Origin: Candidatus Danuiimicrobium aquiferis
GTDB lineage: Bacteria; Omnitrophota; Omnitrophia; Omnitrophales; Danuiimicrobiaceae
DNA: 64,000 nt
NCBI GenBank assembly: GCA_001804285.1
Contig: MHFR01000037.1
Span: forward strand, 149,952 to 213,951
Reading direction: 5' to 3'
Under the pieces are notes generated by a model that did no database searches, was not told the origin of the DNA, and saw nothing but the letters and a program-made list of their open reading frames with translations. This document shows positions 27,001 to 33,000 of the stretch, one piece after another (positions within the stretch are counted from its first letter, which is position 1; every line of letters starts with the position of its first letter). The translations under genes were made by a program, and so were the position numbers.

Positions 27001-30000
27001 TTCATCACGCGCCTGATAAATTCGCTGCGCATAATCGAGTCTGGCTTTTTGAATGTCATTCAATGTTTTAAACTGCTCTTCCACCCGGCCCGGTTTTAGT
27101 TCGCCTTTGATCCCGATAAAAAACGATGCGCCTATTTTCCCAAATGTAAATTTTTCTCCGTTAATAAAAATGCCAAAACCGACAAACAATTTGGGCAATG
27201 CATCCCATTTCTGTCCTTTGTATTTCTCCCGGAGGGATGCCGCATCATAAAAACTTTCCTTCCCGTCAGGGTCAATCACCTTGAACACATAGCCGTCAGA
27301 CGCGGATAAAGCCATGTCTGGGGTTTCACCTGCCACAGGCGAAATTCTTTCTACTTTCACCTCTGGACTGCCCAGGATTTTTTGATATTTAGCCGGAACG
27401 TCGGGCCGATACCGTTCGACAACTAAGTCAAGGACACTATGAATGGTTTGGCCGTTTGCATCAACCTTCGGCGCAAACAAATCACCAATCATCACTTGAG
27501 AGGTTTCCGGTTCCATCGTTGTCATTTTCGTGGCTTCCTTTAAATCCGGTACCGGCTGAAGCAAACCAAAATTTTCAAATAATTTTCTAAACTCTTCTTC
27601 CGTTCGTTCCGTCACTCGACCGTTCTTTTTCTCCTGTCGGAGTTTAAATATCAGATCTTTAAGTTTTTGCTCAAATCCAGCAGGCCGCACAGCAAAACCC
27701 ATCTCGTTCAATCGTTCCGTAAGTTCTCTATAAGCGAGTTCGGCACTGACTAATTTTTCTACCTGGTCAACCATAAAACCTTCTAATTTTATGCGAACGG
27801 CTGATGGATCAACTCCAAAAGTCTTTTCAAAGAGTTCATTCGCTGAATTCACAATAAAAGCGGTCACGGGTTTTTCGGTCGGAGGTGTTGCGGGCTTTTC
27901 GGTCGGAGCGGGCGTCATGCGATTTAAAACATCAGCTACCGTTTTGGTTAATACGCCTTTAGCCTGCTCACTGTTTCTTTGCTTTTCCGGCAATTTTTGA
28001 AATGCCGTTAAAAATTCTTGTTTAACCTGATCCGGTGTAATTTTCCCCTGGACATTTTGAAGACTATTTTCATACCCGGGAAATTCCTGATCAAACAAAT
28101 TCTCTGCTTCTTCGGCAGAAAAAGGAACCGCCGGCGTCTCTGTCGCTCGAACCGCCGGTTCGGGTTGGGTCGCTTGCCCCGGCATTCCCCCGATGATCAC
28201 CGAAGCAATTGCACTCGTGAGAAAACCCTGCAGTCCTGTGACTAAAACCTTCGCAGTCATTGCTTTTGCGTCAGGCGGAGTCCGCGTCTTGTCGCCATTT
28301 AAAGCTTGTACGGCCACTTGCATTCTACTAAAAATTCCCGCACCGGCTTGTTTTAGCCAATCCTTGACAAGAAAAATATTTTTTTCTCTTCCAATTTCCG
28401 GAGACGGCGGCAAAACCGGAGTGGCTTTTTGCTCTTGAATGGCTTTCACCAGCTTTTCCTGTGCTTTTGCGGAAATCTCCATATAACCCACTAACCGGTT
28501 GTCAGCCGATTTGGAAGAAGTTTTGACAACCCGTTCAAGATCTTCCTGCAATTTTGCTTTTGCCGGATCGTCCGGCACGACTCGGATCAACATACTGGCT
28601 TGCGAGACACCCTGCATTTGTCTGTTAAAACGCACCGCTTGATTGACCGTTTCCATTTCCCGCGGCATCACTTTCATTTGCGGATCAATGCCGGTAATCC
28701 CCATTTCCACGAGCGGATTTTGGTGGCCAACGCCGATCGCTTGTTTCGCGGCAAACCCCATATCACTCGCAATACTCAGCGCTTCCACTTCAACCATTGC
28801 AAAAGCCGTATGCACGCCTGTAAATTTTGAAGCTTCATCCGTCAACGAACGGTCGAGAACCTGTGTTGCCCCATTCAAATCACCTCGGATAATATGAGTC
28901 TCAATATCCCCCAACACATGCTCGGATCCCAACACGTGAATCAATTGTTGCTCTTCAAGGGTTATCCGGCCGTCCGCCAATGCGGCTTTAATCATTGCTC
29001 CGGATTTTTGCGTTATGTCTTGATCGTTTTTCGCCGCATCCACGATTGCCTGTTCATCCACCGTCATACTGCCTAAGGTATGTCCGGTAGCTAAATCGAT
29101 TCCATGGTCAACCGTTTCACCCAACCACAACACGCCGTTGATTTCGAGCGGCAGAATCAAACTCATTCCAAGAGATGCCCAGAAAAACATTTTTAGCCAG
29201 AAGAATATACTTTGACGGGAAAATGCTGCTTTTTGGAGGGATTTGAATGCATAGGGAGTGGCAAGCCACGTTAACAATCCTCCGAGGAATGGAAGCCGGA
29301 CCCACCACGGATGAAGTTTTCCGATTTTGGCCGGCGGACCCGTGCTATCGGTCAGCAGGAGTTTCATTAATTCATGATACTCAGCTTCATGAGATAATCT
29401 CAAACGCTGATGTTGAATCAACGGAATCAGCTGCCCTTTTAAAAATGCGTTGATCTCATCATGTTGATCTGCCGTCAAACCTTCTTTGGTCCCTACCCAT
29501 GACTGGAATTCCTGATAACGGTCTAAAAAGTCCGGAGCCTGTAAATGCTGACCCAATGCTATCAATTTTTCTCTTACTTCTTTTTCCAAATCCAATCCAT
29601 CCGCTTGCGCCTGCCATGCTGCCGTTACCATCCGCATTTGCATCTGAGCAACTTCTTTCGGAAGATAAAGCCCGGTCACTGTCACCACCGATGATAACCA
29701 GCCATACAAGGTGAAAAATGCAAGGAACGTGATTGGAATTGCATAAAATTGCCATGATACTGGCAATAGAAGCGCACCGATCCCGCCAACGAGCCCCATA
29801 TAAATACGCTTATTCAGAAAATCCTTGGTTCCCCGGCTGACGGTTTGGTCATCCCAAACAACATATTTCGCAATGCTACTCCCGTCCGTAAACACCCGCC
29901 GGGCAAACGAAGCTTGAATGATTCCGGCATCCGTCAGTGCCCGCGCGTCTCCTGTTTCAAAACGATATCGCACCAACCGATAAATCTTGTCGGCAGTCAG

Positions 30001-33000
30001 GCGGTTTTGCCGCACACCATATTTCCACATCATTTTCGGAATGAAATTCACCAACAGGAAACTTTCCATCAAGTGATACGGTAGTGTAACCAGCTCTATC
30101 AACGCATCCAAAAATCCTTTTGTCGATGTAAATCGCGTCTTCGCCCAACTCCCGATCCCCGTTCCGATTGCTCTGACAAAACCAATCTTCTGACGCTGCT
30201 TCAGCGCCTCCATCACATGCGACTGCAACTTGCGTGATGCAGCCTTTTTCTGATGCAGCATTTGATGGTGTTCAATGTCAAGCGTCTCGTTCTGCTTTTC
30301 AACGTCCCTAACGATTTTCCACATGTTTTCCTTCGACACGTCAAAGATGGTTTCAAACCCGAATGAGTTTGCAATCTTATTCAATTCATCCAATTGAGCG
30401 CCGTGTTCGATGAGATAAGCGACCATATCTTCCCGGCTGGATACTGGCGACGGACGCGGGATCCTTTGGCCGCTCGATTTGCCGGTTTCCAACACGGTTC
30501 GGACACTCTCATCGTATGTCCCCGCGATGCGATGAATGGCTTGAATCGCTACTTCTGCAAAAGAAAAAATCATTTCGGCCAATCCCATCGACAAAATTAA
30601 TAAGAAAAAATTCGTGGTGACAACCGCAAACATCGGATGAAGCAGTGAAAAAAGAAATATAGTCGACAGCACCGACGTAAAAACCGGTGCGATGAAAAAG
30701 AATAAAAACGCACTGATCCCCATAACCGAAAGCAAATGCCCCCATCGTTCAGCTTTTGACGGACCGCGATTCGGTTGTAATATGCCCGTTCCTGGTTTTT
30801 CGGGCGGTACGACAGGCGTTTGAATTTCCGGAACACCCGGCGCTTTGGCCCCCTCGCGAACAGAAACCGCGGCGGCTCTTGTCGGCGGTTGCGCGGGCAC
30901 CTGCCCAATAGCTCGTGTCGGAGATTCAGGAATCGTCGCATCGTAATAGACATCACGAATTGCAGGTTTTCCACTGACAACAGTTTTTTCTCTTACTCTT
31001 TTATAGATTTTTCCGGCTGCCTTGTCTTGATCGGTCAAAACCGCATCAACATCAGTATGTGTGCGTGAGTTTAAGTAGCTACGGACCGTGGATAAACCAA
31101 CGCGGGTCACACTTGCGCGCGCTCTATCAGAAATATCATAATAAGTGCCGCGTTCCTCATTTGTGATAATTCCTTTGAGCAATTTTTGAATCACTTTGTA
31201 TTGGGGGCGCCCCATTTTCTCAACTTTGGCTTGATCGAGTTTCCCTAACACAAGAAAATCAACCATCACTTCATTCGCAAAACTTAATACCGCATAAACT
31301 TCTTTAATCGTGAAACCGTGTTTCCGCAGTGAAACGCCGTCAGGCAGAAGCGAATCCAGAATATTTTCTATTAACCGTTCGCGCTTATTGTGCAAATCAC
31401 GGCGGAATTTTATTAAACGGTCTCTTGCCGTTTCTTTTCCTGCCGTCGGAACAACTTTTTGTATTCCTTTGCCCGGCATAATTTCCTCTGAAATCGTTTC
31501 CCGGACTTCGGAACGCATTCTCACTTGCGCCGCTCGCTTGGCGGCCCACGTTTCCGGCGAACCGGCAAGTTGAGCCGGAGATATCGGCGTACGAGGCCGA
31601 ACAGTGGCTGCTTGCGTCGGTTGAGACGGTGGCGTTATTTTAGGATTGAAACCGGCAAGCCGGGCAAGATCAGCTGCCGTCAAAGTGGTCAATTCACCCT
31701 TCGCAAACTCTTCCCTGAATTTCAGCTGACTTGCTTCGAATTGGGCTTTCTCAACAATGGTTTGGTTGAAAGCCGCAGGTTCGGTTATCGTTTCCGCTAA
31801 TCCAATCGCAAAATCACCTTTCGAATCATAATAGTAAACTCGTTTCACCGTTCCGCCGGATTTCACGGGCACATCCCGCGAAATCCGCTTGATCCCGATC
31901 GCTTCAAGTTCCTTCAAATCCCTCCGGATGGTTGAATCGCTCACCGCAAAATTAAATTGATCAGGCGTGGAAGATGCCTCTTGAAGTTCCTCTTTCCGTT
32001 TTCGCATGAGTTCCGTTAGCGAAGCAAAGGAAAGCCCGCCCCGCTGATTGATCATTTTGAGCACTTCACGCTGGCGTACTTGCTTGAGTGCACGACGCGG
32101 GTTTAACTTCTGGCCTTTTTTGGCAAGCCGTCCAAGACGCAGATCGTATGCTACTTCCTTCAAATTCTCGGGGTCTAACAAAGCATAAATTTTCCGCGCC
32201 GTATTCTGATCGTAAATATTCTGCCGGATGCTTTCAAGCACGTCATACAGAGCCGGATCTTCCGCCTTATTAGTAAAAACCATTTCTTCATAATGAGCAC
32301 GCGCTTCGTTCAGCGCCGCCTCCGGTGCTTCGCCGGATGATGAAATTTTCGAAATTTCTAAAACGTATTCCTGCAAATCACTTTCAACTTGATGTAAGAA
32401 CGGTGTTTTTCCGCGCAACTGTGCCAGAATTCTCAAAACCCTCAAAATCATTTCCTTAATTCCGCTCAGTGCCGTCATGCGCTGGTCTGGTTCTTTCATT
32501 TCTAAAGCTTGATCGATTTTCTCTGCGATATCACCGAGCAACATTCGATAGGGGCTGTTTCCTTTTACATTCGTAATCGCAAATTTATTTTCCGCTTGAT
32601 TCCAAATGGCCCATAGTTCCCGCAAATCTTCGCTTTGCTCAATGACACTCGGGTCCTGAAATCCATCGCCCATGGAAGGGTGAAAATGAACCAGAATATA
32701 GCGGAAAGCATTCAAGTTATAAGTTGGGGGTTGTTGTAACCGAAAAAAATCGCGAACCCAAGGCATTTGCATGGCTTCTGAGTTTCCCTGGATTTCTTTC
32801 CACGACTTGAAAAATGGCCGCTTTGTTAGACTCATAGTCCCGATCACAAAGTCAATCACCGCCGCCTGCTCTTGAAGATTCAACTTTCCCCATTCCCGCT
32901 GAACCCCCAAAAACCGAAACATCCTGCTTAATCGTTGGGTTCGATCATCGCCTGTCGGCCCGGTCACAGGCTTTTGTGCAGGTTCAACTACCGCCGCATG